IMG/VR virus record: IMGVR_UViG_3300017700_000649
Span: 1 to 59,753 of that record
Source of the DNA: a virus
Lineage: Duplodnaviria; Caudoviricetes
Length of the DNA: 59,753 nucleotides
Direction: 5' to 3' (one strand)
Positions 16,883 to 26,989 of this stretch are shown in pieces. The notes below the pieces were generated by a model. That model had not been told where the DNA came from. It saw nothing but the letters and a program-made list of their open reading frames with translations, and did no database searches. The translations under genes and the position numbers were made by a program. Every line of letters starts with the position of its first letter. Positions within the stretch are counted from its first letter, which is position 1.

Positions 16883-17715
16883 GCGCCCGGCGTGCTAAAC
16901 GTCAACAGGTCGGTCAGGTTCAGGTTGTTGATTTGCCCCTGGATGGCCAAGCCGTTGTTCAAACCGGCGATTGCATTTTTGATAGCCTGCGACTTCGACG
17001 CGGCATCCATGTCCTTGCTCATCAGAATGGTCTGCGCGCTCTGCATGTACTGCTTGTACAGGTCGGCCGCACTCGCTGACGTTTGCATGAGCTGTTTGTA
17101 GCTGGCCTCGATGTTGGCCAGCTCGGTCTTGGTCTGCGCGTCCATGCCCAGCTTGAGTAGGTCGTTTGACTGGCTGGCGTTGAACTTCGAAATGTCGGCG
17201 TCGATGGATGCCTTGGCCTTGGCCATGTCGTTGGCTGACTGGGCGTTGTTCAGGCTCACGTTCGTTTCAAGCTGGCTGTTCTGGGAGTTCACCGCGTTGG
17301 TGGCGGCGGTGTTGGCCAGGCCCACCTGCTGCTTGGCGCCGGCGTTGAACTCGCCCGAGCGGGCGTAAGTGGCGGCATCGGCGGCGGCGATTGGCGTGGC
17401 CGCATCAAACACGGCAGATTGGCCTGCGCCGACGGCAATGCTGCTGTTCATCAACCCGCGAGAATTCGCCTTCTGCAGCGCCCGGGTTTCGGCCTGCTGC
17501 ATCAGCGGCGAGTTGTCGGCAATGATGTCTTTGACCTGGCCCTGCACCGTCTGGTTGGGCTGCACCTGCCATTCGGCGGCCGTGGCCTGCGCTGCTGGCT
17601 GCTGGAGCGAGGCCGTACCGGTGGCCGGCGTGTTGATCAAGCCAGTTGGCGGGGCGGCCTGCTCAGCCTCGTAGGTCTGGGTGTTGAGCGCGGTGTTGTA
17701 GTTCGTGGTGGCCAT
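16879..17715 (-). CDS. Putative virion/ejection protein
   Basis: Ala/Asn/Gln-rich; RGLMNSSIAVGAG motif. Confidence 0.7.
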   Translation of the reverse strand: MATTNYNTALNTQTYEAEQAAPPTGLINTPATGTASLQQPAAQATAAEWQVQPNQTVQGQVKDIIADNSPLMQQAETRALQKANSRGLMNSSIAVGAGQSAVFDAATPIAAADAATYARSGEFNAGAKQQVGLANTAATNAVNSQNSQLETNVSLNNAQSANDMAKAKASIDADISKFNASQSNDLLKLGMDAQTKTELANIEASYKQLMQTSASAADLYKQYMQSAQTILMSKDMDAASKSQAIKNAIAGLNNGLAIQGQINNLNLTDLLTFSTPGA

Positions 17716-17728
17716 GGAGTTTCCTGGT

Positions 17729-18247
17729 TCAGGGGGTCAGGGAGTTGTAGGAGCGCTCGCAGGCTTGACCGGCAATCCGGCTTGCGTCTGCATATTCCGC
17801 CAGGATTCCCGCGCGCTGGTCAGCCCGGCCGAGCACGTCGGCAAGCACACCGATGGGATCGTCGGTTGCCGCGCTTCCAGCGCCAGCGCCGGCACGCCAG
17901 CCGGCCGCACGGGCGCGCTCGACAAGGGCTTCGGTGGATTCGCGCAGGCTGTTACCAGCAAGGCGAGCAGTGACAGCGTCACCGCGCGCCGCAGCGGCGG
18001 CGTCCTGAGCGGCTTGGATGGTTGCATCTTTCACTCCTATACGGCGTTCAAATTCATCACGTTGTTCGGCCAGCGCGCGACCTTGTGCATCGGCGGCTGC
18101 CACGCGCTCATCAGAGAAGGAGGCTTGGGTCTTGGCATGGGCGGCCTGCTCGCTAGACAGGCGGACGGTTTGCGTGCCAAGCGCGGCCAGCAACAGGCCG
18201 AAGGCGATCAGCTTGAGCCAATCGGGTATGAGGCTCAAGGGATTCAC
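17729..18247 (-). CDS. Rz-like inner-membrane spanin (DUF2514-like)
   Basis: N-terminal TM, coiled coil, ADASRIAGQACERSY; follows the endolysin. Confidence 0.85.
   Translation of the reverse strand: MNPLSLIPDWLKLIAFGLLLAALGTQTVRLSSEQAAHAKTQASFSDERVAAADAQGRALAEQRDEFERRIGVKDATIQAAQDAAAAARGDAVTARLAGNSLRESTEALVERARAAGWRAGAGAGSAATDDPIGVLADVLGRADQRAGILAEYADASRIAGQACERSYNSLTP
17737..18027 (-). CDS. Rz1-like outer-membrane spanin lipoprotein nested in Rz
   Basis: AGGAG-6nt-ATG; lipobox LLVTAC; Pro-rich; +1 frame inside Rz. Confidence 0.8.
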   Translation of the reverse strand: MQPSKPLRTPPLRRAVTLSLLALLVTACANPPKPLSSAPVRPAGVPALALEARQPTIPSVCLPTCSAGLTSARESWRNMQTQAGLPVKPASAPTTP

Positions 18248-18753
18248 AGCACTGCCTTACCGACGGCAATGGCCTGTTCGCCGGTCATGCCGTAGAACAG
18301 CGCGCGCTCGGCGGCTCGGCGGCGGCGCAGGCCCAGCATCACTTTGCCGTCGTTCTTGTTCCACTTCAGGAACTCGTCGCCAGCGCCGACCATGTCGCCA
18401 GCGTTGACCTTGCGCAGCAGCGTGCTGTCGCCGAGGCCTTCGGCTTGCGTGTCGGTGTCAATGTCGAGGCCAACGTTGTAAGCAAAGCACACCAGAGCGT
18501 CGAACTGGCCTTGCGTGAGTGGCACCTTGACCAGTGACATCACGCCCGGTTCAAACTCACGCGACAGGCGGCGTTCAAAACGCGCATCTGCTTCGTCCTG
18601 GGTGATTTCAAGGCCCTCGACAACATCAGGGCCGGTATCGCCCCAGCCGATGGTCCACGGGCGCCCATCAGTGCTTCCGGGGTCTGGGTAAGCCTTGAGC
18701 TTGCATTTCTCAAAGTAGTGCATCACCTGCACGCCGTTGCTGGAAATCTTCAC
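18244..18753 (-). CDS. Endolysin, GH24 lysozyme
   Basis: FE..AYPDP..WTIGWG, QFDALVCFAYNVG, GLRRRRAAERALF. Confidence 0.95.
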   Translation of the reverse strand: MKISSNGVQVMHYFEKCKLKAYPDPGSTDGRPWTIGWGDTGPDVVEGLEITQDEADARFERRLSREFEPGVMSLVKVPLTQGQFDALVCFAYNVGLDIDTDTQAEGLGDSTLLRKVNAGDMVGAGDEFLKWNKNDGKVMLGLRRRRAAERALFYGMTGEQAIAVGKAVL

Positions 18754-19088
18754 ACCGAACCCTTCGACTGTTTGGGCTTGACGTCGTCCTCAGCCCGCAC
18801 GAACTCCCCGAGCGGCACCATGGCGCGATCCCCGTCTTCGTAGAGAACAAAGACGTTTTCCAGGTCGTGAAGAATCCAGCAGGCCTTCCACACCACGCCG
18901 TTGGCACGGTCCGTCGCCGCGCGGAACTTGCTGGCATGCTCAGGCTTCAGCAGCGCCGTGACTTCCTTACCACATGGAGCGTCATGGAGCGTCAGGTAGT
19001 TGTCGCCGTTGCGCGCCACCATCATGTCTGCGGCAAACACCGACAGCGCACAGAGAATGGCGGCGAAGAGAAACAGGGCTTTCTTCAT
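18750..19088 (-). CDS. Signal-peptide protein within the lysis cassette
   Basis: MKKALFLFAAILCALSVFA signal; two Cys in the mature part. Confidence 0.8.
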   Translation of the reverse strand: MKKALFLFAAILCALSVFAADMMVARNGDNYLTLHDAPCGKEVTALLKPEHASKFRAATDRANGVVWKACWILHDLENVFVLYEDGDRAMVPLGEFVRAEDDVKPKQSKGSV

Positions 19089-19091
19089 GAT

Positions 19092-19328
19092 CTACTCCTT
19101 GGGAGGGCCAGAAACAGAGGGCTGCTTGATGGGGCGCACGAGCACGGCGACGAGGATGGCCGCCAGCCGGATGCCGGACTTGTAGCCATCGTCAAGCCAC
19201 GGCAGCAGGTTGGTGTTGTCCGCCAGCACCTGGAGGACTTCAGGCAGCACCGCGCCGAGCGCCAGGATTTGGACTGAAGCCGCTTTCCAGAGGCTCTTCC
19301 AGTTGGAAACGAGTTGAGGTTTTTTCAT
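19092..19328 (-). CDS. Putative holin
   Basis: LVSNWKSLWKAASVQ..two TM..VRPIKQP; upstream of the lysozyme. Confidence 0.75.
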   Translation of the reverse strand: MKKPQLVSNWKSLWKAASVQILALGAVLPEVLQVLADNTNLLPWLDDGYKSGIRLAAILVAVLVRPIKQPSVSGPPKE

Positions 19329-19600
19329 CGTGGTGACCTTTCAATGAGACGATCCAGCTTTCCACTGACTTCCTTGATGTCGGACCGGACCAGCGCGACG
19401 GCCTCGGCTGTTGCCTTGTCCTGCGCTTTGTCTTTTTCCTTCTGCTCGGCCCTGGCGTCCTTAAGGACCTCGACGTCCTTCTTGATGTCGGCCACTGCCC
19501 ATATCCCAGCAACACCCTGAAACAGCAGGACCAGGATGATTCCGACCGGTACTTTCTTGTCGAGATGCCAGCGGTTGTCTTGTTGTGTTGGTTGAGTCAT
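19325..19600 (-). CDS. TM plus coiled-coil lysis-associated protein (holin-like)
   Basis: WHLDKKVP, one TM, coiled coil ending KLDRLIE. Confidence 0.75.
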   Translation of the reverse strand: MTQPTQQDNRWHLDKKVPVGIILVLLFQGVAGIWAVADIKKDVEVLKDARAEQKEKDKAQDKATAEAVALVRSDIKEVSGKLDRLIERSPR

Positions 19601-19628
19601 GCCGTTGTTCTCGGTGGTGGATTTGGGT

Positions 19629-21254
19629 TTAGCCGTGATAGCCGCTGATGCACTTCACGGTGACGATCACTTTTGCAATCGCCGTGCTTTTGAAGAATCC
19701 AAGGAAGAAAGCGCCGGCGCCGCTGGGGTCGTTGTTCCGGTAGAACGGCGTTGCACCGACATCTACCTGGGCGCCGCGGCCTTGACGCATCCATACGGTT
19801 GCGCAACCGTCAAGCCAGCCGTTGCCATTTCCAGCTGCACCAACGATGTAGTCGCAGGAATTCGCAGAGTTCGATGCGTCGACCACTGTGACCAGAAACA
19901 GGCAAGCAACGGACTGCTGCATGACTTCGCCGTTGCGATTCTGGAACCGGAAAACAATTCCAGAATCCGTCGTCAACTCGGTTTGTTCTTTTTCTACAGG
20001 GAAATGCTTGCGCGAAACCTTGAGCTTCGATGTGTTGGCAAAAGAAACCAACGGCACGGTAACGCCGTATGCCAGCGCATCGCCAAGGTCGATAGGCCCG
20101 ATGTAGCCACCGCCGTTCGGGCTGATGCTGATGCGCTCGGGCTGGCCGGTCGTCGGCGGGCCGAAGTCAACGCCATCCTTCAAGCGGAAGCCAAGCACCT
20201 TCTTTGCGGTCGTGGTTTCAAGGATGATGTCGCCGCCCTTGGTGCCGTAGGGCGGGGCAACGAGCCAAGCGCGCTCAAACAGCGTCCCGGTTTCAATGGT
20301 GATGCCGTTGATTTCGCCTGCGCCAACATCGCCGCCTGCGTACAGGTGGTATTGGTTGCTGTCCGTGAATTCGCCGTGTATTGAAATTCTGGCGATTGAC
20401 TGCGCATTAGCACCGCTGGACAGCCAAATATCGGCTTGGTTGTGATGGGTGCGGCAGTTGCGTTCTGTCAAACCGATGATGTGGCGGAACATGCGCGAGG
20501 CATACGAAGCGTCAGTAAACTCCGTCCGCTCAATGACCACGTTGAGCAGTGTTCCTCCCACGGCTGTGGTGTTCAGGCTTTGCGCGTCGAGGTGACGCCA
20601 GCTCTTACCAAAATACATATCGGCGATGTACAGATCGCGCATGTCTTGCTGCATGTCGAACAGCACCAGCGAGCCCCGCCCGGCTTCGGTTTCGTTGACA
20701 ATACCAAACCCAACGAGGCGGCGCCTGCCGTTTGTTCCTGTGTTGCTGGTAATGCGGAACACGGTGCCGTTGCCGGAAACAAACGATAGATCTTTGCCGT
20801 GGCCCATAATCATCGTGTTAGCCGGAACTTCTATGGAGGCGTTGTCTGGTAGGTGAACCGTCCCCATAGGAAGCAAATAAATCTTGCCGGGCAACATAGC
20901 CTGAAGTGCGGCCAAGTTCGCCGCACGGACCGCAGTGGAGGTGTCGTTAGGCGTTACGGCAAGAGCGATGCCCATCCCGCCGCCTCCAGACCCCGCAGGG
21001 CCGGCTGGCCCCATTGGCCCGGCAACACCAGCGGGGCCAGTGCTGCCAGCAGGACCGGTGGCACCTGCAGGCCCAGCAGGACCCGTCGCACCACCAGCAC
21101 CCGTAGCTCCGGTCGCTCCAGCTGGCCCGGCGGGTCCAGTTGCTCCGCTAGGCCCTTGAGGCCCAGCCGGTCCAGCGTCGCCTTGCGGGCCTGGGGTTGG
21201 TGTGAAGAGGAGCGTTATCGGGCCGGAGGCTACGTCATGTGTTGGGGTTGGCAT
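19629..21254 (-). CDS. Collagen-repeat fibre/spike with pectin-lyase-like beta-helix
   Basis: Over 20 G-X-Y triplets, then [20 protein letters not shown]; lower GC. Confidence 0.75.
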   Translation of the reverse strand: MPTPTHDVASGPITLLFTPTPGPQGDAGPAGPQGPSGATGPAGPAGATGATGAGGATGPAGPAGATGPAGSTGPAGVAGPMGPAGPAGSGGGGMGIALAVTPNDTSTAVRAANLAALQAMLPGKIYLLPMGTVHLPDNASIEVPANTMIMGHGKDLSFVSGNGTVFRITSNTGTNGRRRLVGFGIVNETEAGRGSLVLFDMQQDMRDLYIADMYFGKSWRHLDAQSLNTTAVGGTLLNVVIERTEFTDASYASRMFRHIIGLTERNCRTHHNQADIWLSSGANAQSIARISIHGEFTDSNQYHLYAGGDVGAGEINGITIETGTLFERAWLVAPPYGTKGGDIILETTTAKKVLGFRLKDGVDFGPPTTGQPERISISPNGGGYIGPIDLGDALAYGVTVPLVSFANTSKLKVSRKHFPVEKEQTELTTDSGIVFRFQNRNGEVMQQSVACLFLVTVVDASNSANSCDYIVGAAGNGNGWLDGCATVWMRQGRGAQVDVGATPFYRNNDPSGAGAFFLGFFKSTAIAKVIVTVKCISGYHG

Positions 21255-21260
21255 AGTCAA

Positions 21261-22577
21261 TTACTCGTAGCTGATGTTGACGGTGCCGGCGTCGAACGTG
21301 GCCGCCGCCTGGTTGGCTACACGAATTCGGTCAAGTGCCGCGCCCAGCGCGATATTTCCATTCACTATGTAGCCAACTGCAGAATCGCTGCGATGACCAC
21401 TGCCATCGGCCACCCATGTATTCCCTGTAAGGCGGCGCAGCGTGAGGGTGTAGTTGTAAACACTGGTGGCGATAACACCAGTGCTGGCCGTGAGGCCAAA
21501 ACCCAGGGTCTCGTTGCTGACGATGGATGAGCCGTTCGTGGTGGTGGTGGTCCCCGAGAGATAGCCCGTTGCCACAAAGCCGCCGCTGGTGCCGGCCTGG
21601 AAATAGATGTTGTCCGTGCCGTTGCTGGACAGGCCCGCCACGTAAATCGTGACCCGGTTCGCCCAGCTGGGAATTCCAGTGAAGGACACCGACCCGCTGC
21701 CGGAGGCTGCGACCGCCGTGCCCAGCGTGAACTTCTGCGACAGATTGGCGGGCGTGACCGACAAAGCCGGGTAACCGCCTGCCGTGATCGCCGAAAGTGA
21801 GGTGATGTCGTTGTTGGCGCCGGACGCAGCAAACAGGCCATTGAGCGTGGCCTTGAGGTTCGCCCAGGTCAGCCGCTTCAGCGCGAAGCTGGCGGCGCTG
21901 TCAGCCAGCGGCAATTCGTCGGCATCAACCGGCGTTGCCTTGCTGGACGCCGCATGCGTCTGTGGGGCAATGGTGTTGGTGAGGTTCGTCGCATCGCCTG
22001 CGCTTGGCGTGCCGATGTTCGGGGTGGTCAGCGTCGGCGACGCCTGCATCACGAACACGCTGCCGGTGCCCGTCTGGGCCGCTACTGCCGTTGCATTGCC
22101 GGTGGACGTGATAGGCCCGGTCAGGTTGGCGTTCGTGATGACCGTTGTGGCGGTGGTCGCGGTCGTGGCGTTGGTTGCGTTGACCGCGTTCGTCGCATTG
22201 CCAACCGTCAGGCCGGCGGCCGTGCCCGTGATGTTGGTGCCGACCAGCGCCGACGGCGTTCCCAGGTTGGGGGTTACGAGGGTTGGGGATGTGGCGCGAA
22301 CGCCTGAACCCGTGCCCGTGGTGGTGATCGCCTCGATGGCTGTACCGCCGGCGTTGATCGCCGTGATCTTGCCGCCATTGCCGGTCAAGGTTGGCAGTTT
22401 GCCGAACCCAGCTTCGATCAGGTCGAGCTCGGCGCGCATGGCGGCCGATGAACCTGCGGAGCCCTGGGACGGGTAAGTTGTGTGATCGTAGTACTCAGCG
22501 CCGGCGCCGAATGACGACGAGGCGGCCAGCAGCAGCGCGAGCGCGGCGGCCGTGGTTTTTGTCCAGAGAGATTTCAT
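21261..22577 (-). CDS. Tail-fibre-like protein with signal-peptide-like N-terminus
   Basis: Thr/Ala/Gly-rich; repeated SPTLxTPNxGTPSA; follows the tail nozzle gene. Confidence 0.75.
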   Translation of the reverse strand: MKSLWTKTTAAALALLLAASSSFGAGAEYYDHTTYPSQGSAGSSAAMRAELDLIEAGFGKLPTLTGNGGKITAINAGGTAIEAITTTGTGSGVRATSPTLVTPNLGTPSALVGTNITGTAAGLTVGNATNAVNATNATTATTATTVITNANLTGPITSTGNATAVAAQTGTGSVFVMQASPTLTTPNIGTPSAGDATNLTNTIAPQTHAASSKATPVDADELPLADSAASFALKRLTWANLKATLNGLFAASGANNDITSLSAITAGGYPALSVTPANLSQKFTLGTAVAASGSGSVSFTGIPSWANRVTIYVAGLSSNGTDNIYFQAGTSGGFVATGYLSGTTTTTNGSSIVSNETLGFGLTASTGVIATSVYNYTLTLRRLTGNTWVADGSGHRSDSAVGYIVNGNIALGAALDRIRVANQAAATFDAGTVNISYE

Positions 22578-24607
22578 CGGAGTCCTCGCCGTAGGCTGTA
22601 GTGAATGATTGCGCTGTTGAGCGCGAAGGGAAGAAAATCAGTGGAGTTCGCGGAAATCGCCAGCTGCACGTTTTCTGCGCTGCCGACCATCTCGCACTCA
22701 GTTGGGAAGACCGTCCGCCCGTCCCAATAAAAGCTGTCCCAGGTGAAGCTGTCCCAGTACGCGAGAGAAAACGGCGTTGGGTAGTTGGCGGTGTCAGGCT
22801 GCAGGTATTCCGTGCTGCCGTAGCCGATCTGGTAGCCGAAGTCGATGGCTGCGTAGCCGTTCCCAGCGATCTCGATGGACGCGCGCCGGAAGCGCTTCAA
22901 CATGCGCGGGTTCTTGACCGCATCCCAGTTCAGGGTGATGTAGGCGTTGATTGCCGCACCGTCAAATGACGTGCCCATATCCAGTTGGTGCAGATGCCCG
23001 TCGGCGCCGCCGAAGAACTTCACCAGCTCGCCGCTCGACAGCGTTCCCTCAAAGGCGATATTTGCGTAGGTCGGGAATGCCACCGGCATGGCGCCCATCG
23101 GCTTGCCGTTCACCAACGTGATGTAAAGTCCGGACCCGTCGGTGAAGAACAGGCGGTATTGACTTTTTGAGCGGTCCAGCGAAGAGCATGACGCCTTGGT
23201 GCGCCGGTCTGCGATGAAGGGCCGGATGTTGTTCGTGAGGCTGGCTTCCTCGAAGTTTCCAAAGTTGAGCGAGGTTGCCAGGGAGAAAACACCGCGGTCG
23301 TCCATGGTGTAGCTCTGCGACAGGTTCTGCCCCGTGTAGTCCAGTGCACCGACGCCGTTGTTGTAAGTAACCAGATTCCAGTCCGCAGCGCTGGTGCCGT
23401 ACATCATCAGCGTGGTGTTGCGGCAGTGGATGGCCAGGGTGCCTGTGGTGGCCGAACCAGGCTGGATCAGGAAGCTCGTGACGGTATCGCCGCAGGGTTG
23501 TTCCGCCGCGCCGGCCAGGACCGTGTAGTTGTACGGCGCCCCGATGCCGGAGTTGAACACCGAGCTCTGCACGGAAAAGAACAGGTGGTTCTTGAACGCC
23601 GTGATGTGCTTTGGTGTGTCAGGTACGGTTCCGGTCGTGATCGGCACAACGGTGGTGCCGTCGAATTCGAACATCCGGTTCATGCCGTCGGCGTAGTAAA
23701 TCCGCGATGCGCTGAGTTGCCCGGAAAAGTTCGCCTCGCACCACTCACCCTTGCCGCCCGGCAGCAACGTGATGGCTGTCTGCGCGCCACTCAGGGTGAC
23801 GGTTCCGCCACCTGACAGGGTGGCAGCGCCGGCTGAGAAGTTCCCGCCAGCGATGTTTGTGAGGATGAACCGGCCGGCCGCCGTATTACCCAACCATGCG
23901 CCGGACTGGGTAACAGCGCGCTGCACAGTCGCTGTGACGCCGCCTTTTGTCAGCGTCTCACCATCGGCTGGAAGCGCTGCCCCACCGGCGGTAAAGCTGA
24001 CCTCGCTGCCCAGCGTAATTTGCTGCCAGCCCGTTCCGCTTTGCACAAACAAGTCGCAGGCGGTAGCGCCCACGTTGTCCCGCAAGCAATAGACCAGGTC
24101 GCGATATAGGAATCCGCCGCGAATGGGGCCGCTGCCGACAGGTGGTGCAATGTCAGCACGATAGACCGCAGCGGCCAGGTTCTGGTACTGCGCATTAAGT
24201 TGCAGCGATGGTGCGGTCCCTGGGTCAACCAGCGTGCCGATCGGGGTCGCGCCAACTAGCAGCGGGTCGCCGGTAGTGAAAGTCCCGGAAACCTTGGTGA
24301 TTGCGACGTAGTCTGCGCCCACCGCGATGATGCGTCCGGTGGCCACGCCGTTCGTAATCGTCTCGCCGGCAGCCGGGGTGTTTGTGAAGGCCGCCACGTA
24401 GAGCAGCGTGTAGACCCCAGCCGATGGCGCTGGCTGGCCGCTGAAGCGCTCGTAACCGCCGATGCGACCGTAGCCTCCGAACTCCAGCGCCTCGAAGTTC
24501 ACTGCGTCCCGGCACACTCCTGGCTTGAGTGAAAGCGTCGGAGTGATCTGGTCCAGGCCGCCCTTCAGGGTGATCTGCTCGTACTGGACCGGCGCCATCT
24601 TGATCAT
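22574..24607 (-). CDS. Tail stabilisation/nozzle protein
   Basis: 677 aa, beta-rich; GGLD..GGYGRIGGYERF; follows the adaptor. Confidence 0.7.
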   Translation of the reverse strand: MIKMAPVQYEQITLKGGLDQITPTLSLKPGVCRDAVNFEALEFGGYGRIGGYERFSGQPAPSAGVYTLLYVAAFTNTPAAGETITNGVATGRIIAVGADYVAITKVSGTFTTGDPLLVGATPIGTLVDPGTAPSLQLNAQYQNLAAAVYRADIAPPVGSGPIRGGFLYRDLVYCLRDNVGATACDLFVQSGTGWQQITLGSEVSFTAGGAALPADGETLTKGGVTATVQRAVTQSGAWLGNTAAGRFILTNIAGGNFSAGAATLSGGGTVTLSGAQTAITLLPGGKGEWCEANFSGQLSASRIYYADGMNRMFEFDGTTVVPITTGTVPDTPKHITAFKNHLFFSVQSSVFNSGIGAPYNYTVLAGAAEQPCGDTVTSFLIQPGSATTGTLAIHCRNTTLMMYGTSAADWNLVTYNNGVGALDYTGQNLSQSYTMDDRGVFSLATSLNFGNFEEASLTNNIRPFIADRRTKASCSSLDRSKSQYRLFFTDGSGLYITLVNGKPMGAMPVAFPTYANIAFEGTLSSGELVKFFGGADGHLHQLDMGTSFDGAAINAYITLNWDAVKNPRMLKRFRRASIEIAGNGYAAIDFGYQIGYGSTEYLQPDTANYPTPFSLAYWDSFTWDSFYWDGRTVFPTECEMVGSAENVQLAISANSTDFLPFALNSAIIHYSLRRGLR

Positions 24608-25287
24608 GCAAGCGCCCCGGGGAACGTCATTTCATCGATCCGGTCTGCGGTCATGCGGTCCATCAACTTGCCGAACTCGGTCTCGCCGCGGCCGTAAACC
24701 TCTGGCGCTGACTCGAAGGCACCGTAGGACATGCAGGCCTTCCACACGATTGCCATGTGGAACTGCGCGTCTATCAGCGGGATGTCCGCATCCGCGGCAA
24801 GGATCACCGGCGCCGTGTAGTAGTCGGCAGTCACCGTATAGCCAGCATCGGGGTAAGGACCCAGGCCAAGCGCCTTCGCCGGCGTGATGGTCGCGACAAT
24901 AGGCCGCGTGCGCACCAGCTTTAGGGAGCCCAGGTCGTAGTCATGGCGCCAGCTGTCGTACCGGGTGAAGTCCATCTCCACCTCGCTGCCGATTCCCGCG
25001 GCGGTGTCATAGTTGCGGAACGAGCTGCGCACCCACATCCCGAAAGTTCCGGCGGCGATCCCGCACTGCAGCGGCGTGTAGACGGCCTGGCCGGCCACTG
25101 TGGCGAAGCTCGCCGACTGCCGCATGAACTCCCAGTCCTGGTGTGCGGTCTGGATGTCATTCCAGGCGTCCTGCACCCAGCCAACCAGCTTCCCAGCCTC
25201 ACCGGTCTGATTCAGAACCGAGGCGGGACCCACCCCGGCCACGCCGCACTCGCGGGCCGTGCGCTGGACAAGCTGGAGGAAGTTCAT
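24604..25287 (-). CDS. Head-tail adaptor
   Basis: MNFLQLVQR..WEFM..PYPD..FHMAIVW. Confidence 0.75.
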   Translation of the reverse strand: MNFLQLVQRTARECGVAGVGPASVLNQTGEAGKLVGWVQDAWNDIQTAHQDWEFMRQSASFATVAGQAVYTPLQCGIAAGTFGMWVRSSFRNYDTAAGIGSEVEMDFTRYDSWRHDYDLGSLKLVRTRPIVATITPAKALGLGPYPDAGYTVTADYYTAPVILAADADIPLIDAQFHMAIVWKACMSYGAFESAPEVYGRGETEFGKLMDRMTADRIDEMTFPGALA

Positions 25288-25835
25288 CAGCCTTCAGCCA
25301 GCAAACGGGTCAGCCACTGATGGCCGATGGGGTTCTCATCCTTCAGCACCGAGAACGGCGTGCGCATGCTGGTGTGGCGCTCGACCAGGTTCTCTTCGCT
25401 TTCAGCGTGCTGAACCACGTTGGTCTGGATGGCGTCGTGCTTGGAGCGGGCCAGGACTTCAACGTACTTGCGCTTGGTCGTGACGATGTGGCCGACCGGC
25501 AAGTAGCCCAGCTGAATCCACTTGCCCTTCATCAGCACTTCAGCGCCGATACCGTTCACCCAGCAATCCACGCTGTTGGGTGCGAACTTCTCGGACGAGC
25601 GCTCAATGCGAATGGTGACAGGCTCTTCTGCGAAGGCCAGTTGTTTCAGGTAATCGGCGGCCGGCTGGCGGTCAACGGGCAGGATCACCTGCTCACGGTC
25701 GATGGGCTCGTCGTCGCGCAGGGCGATGGCTGGCTGCTGGCCAACGGCCATATCAGCGGTGTGCAGTTCGCGCGCTGGGGCGTGAACCGGGGTGTTCTTT
25801 GCCTGTGCAGGCTTGTTGGGGGTACCACGTGGCAT
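25287..25835 (-). CDS. Conserved hypothetical protein in the head module
   Basis: LAFAEEPVTIRI..VNG..RKYVEVLAR. Confidence 0.75.
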   Translation of the reverse strand: MPRGTPNKPAQAKNTPVHAPARELHTADMAVGQQPAIALRDDEPIDREQVILPVDRQPAADYLKQLAFAEEPVTIRIERSSEKFAPNSVDCWVNGIGAEVLMKGKWIQLGYLPVGHIVTTKRKYVEVLARSKHDAIQTNVVQHAESEENLVERHTSMRTPFSVLKDENPIGHQWLTRLLAEG

Positions 25836-25854
25836 GAAAGTCTCCTGGGAAATG

Positions 25855-25887
25855 AAAAGGCCGCCGGGATTGCTCGCGGCGGCCTTT
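25855..25887 (-). terminator. Intrinsic terminator/hairpin after the capsid-associated genes
   Basis: AAAAGGCCGCCG..CGGCGGCCTTT. Confidence 0.65.
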
Positions 25888-25914
25888 GGATCAAAGGGCT
25901 CTCGCCCTCTGGGC

Positions 25915-26400
25915 TTACGAAACCTGCGGACGGTCAGGCAGGCCTACGACATCCACCAGGGTGTAGGTGATGCCGGTGACGGCGGCCTGGTTGCTGGTGC
26001 CGAAGATCCAGCCTGCAGCCGAAGCTGTCGCGCCAGCCTTGATCACCTCGTACCCGATGGGGCAGAAGTTGTCTGGCAGCACTGGAAACTGCGGGGCATT
26101 GATGAACGCGCCGCTGGCATCCAGCGCTTCAATCGAACCCTGAGCACATTTCAGATCGCCGGCCGCGTTGTAGCCAATCACAAAGACGGAGCCCTTGTTT
26201 GTGACCACTGGCACGAAGGCCAGGCCGGTGTTGGCGTCGGTCGTCGGCGTTGCCGTGTTCGACAGCGCAGCGTGGCTATAAGCCTTGCCGCGGATGGCGA
26301 ACGGCAGCGTGCCGGTAGACGACAGAGTTGACGTAGAGCCGGCAGCCAGAACGGCTTTACCGAGCGCCAACGTCAGGGGGATTGCTTGGAGTTGGTCCAT
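25915..26400 (-). CDS. Putative capsid decoration protein
   Basis: Small Ala/Thr/Gly-rich; resembles 26421-26936. Confidence 0.7.
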   Translation of the reverse strand: MDQLQAIPLTLALGKAVLAAGSTSTLSSTGTLPFAIRGKAYSHAALSNTATPTTDANTGLAFVPVVTNKGSVFVIGYNAAGDLKCAQGSIEALDASGAFINAPQFPVLPDNFCPIGYEVIKAGATASAAGWIFGTSNQAAVTGITYTLVDVVGLPDRPQVS

Positions 26401-26420
26401 TTCAGTTTTCCTTTGAGGTG

Positions 26421-26936
26421 TTAAACCAGGACCGTGGGGTCGAACTGGCTCAGGGTGTTGATGTATGCCACGTTCGGAACGACGGTGGCGTCATCCAGAG
26501 GGGTGGTGCCGCCGACGAAGGGGCCGGTGCCGGTGGGGTTCACGACGATGAAACCCAGCTGCGCCTTGCCAACCGGGGTATCGGGGAACTTCACCAGCGC
26601 CAGGGTCGCGCCTTCCGTGCCCATCGCGGCCGTCAGATTCCCTGCCGAATCCACGTAGAAGCAGAAGACGTTGAACTTGGCATTGGTGACGCTACCCACG
26701 AGAGCGGCCATGTCGGTAGCTGCAGCCTTGGTCACGAGCACGCCCAAGGCGATCCCGTAATAGGCTGCGGCGCCGGTCTTCACAATCGCACTGCCGCCGG
26801 CTTTGATCGCGAGACCAGCCGTTGTCAGGGATTGAGTTGCGTACCGGTCAGCCAAAGGCGCAAGAATTGCGCGCAGGGCAGCCCGATCGGTAGAGCTCGC
26901 CAGGCCGGCGAGGAATCGAGTGACGGTGTCGATCAT
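26421..26936 (-). CDS. Putative capsid decoration protein
   Basis: Directly after the major capsid gene; beta-rich. Confidence 0.7.
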   Translation of the reverse strand: MIDTVTRFLAGLASSTDRAALRAILAPLADRYATQSLTTAGLAIKAGGSAIVKTGAAAYYGIALGVLVTKAAATDMAALVGSVTNAKFNVFCFYVDSAGNLTAAMGTEGATLALVKFPDTPVGKAQLGFIVVNPTGTGPFVGGTTPLDDATVVPNVAYINTLSQFDPTVLV

Positions 26937-26989
26937 GGTGTTTCCTTGTTGGGAAACGGGCTCAGAGAACCGAGCCCGTTATCCGCTGG

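Noticed and set aside
20995-21195. Periodic DNA repeat as a CRISPR-like or non-coding array
   Set aside because: It encodes collagen G-X-Y triplets; no constant repeat-spacer pattern
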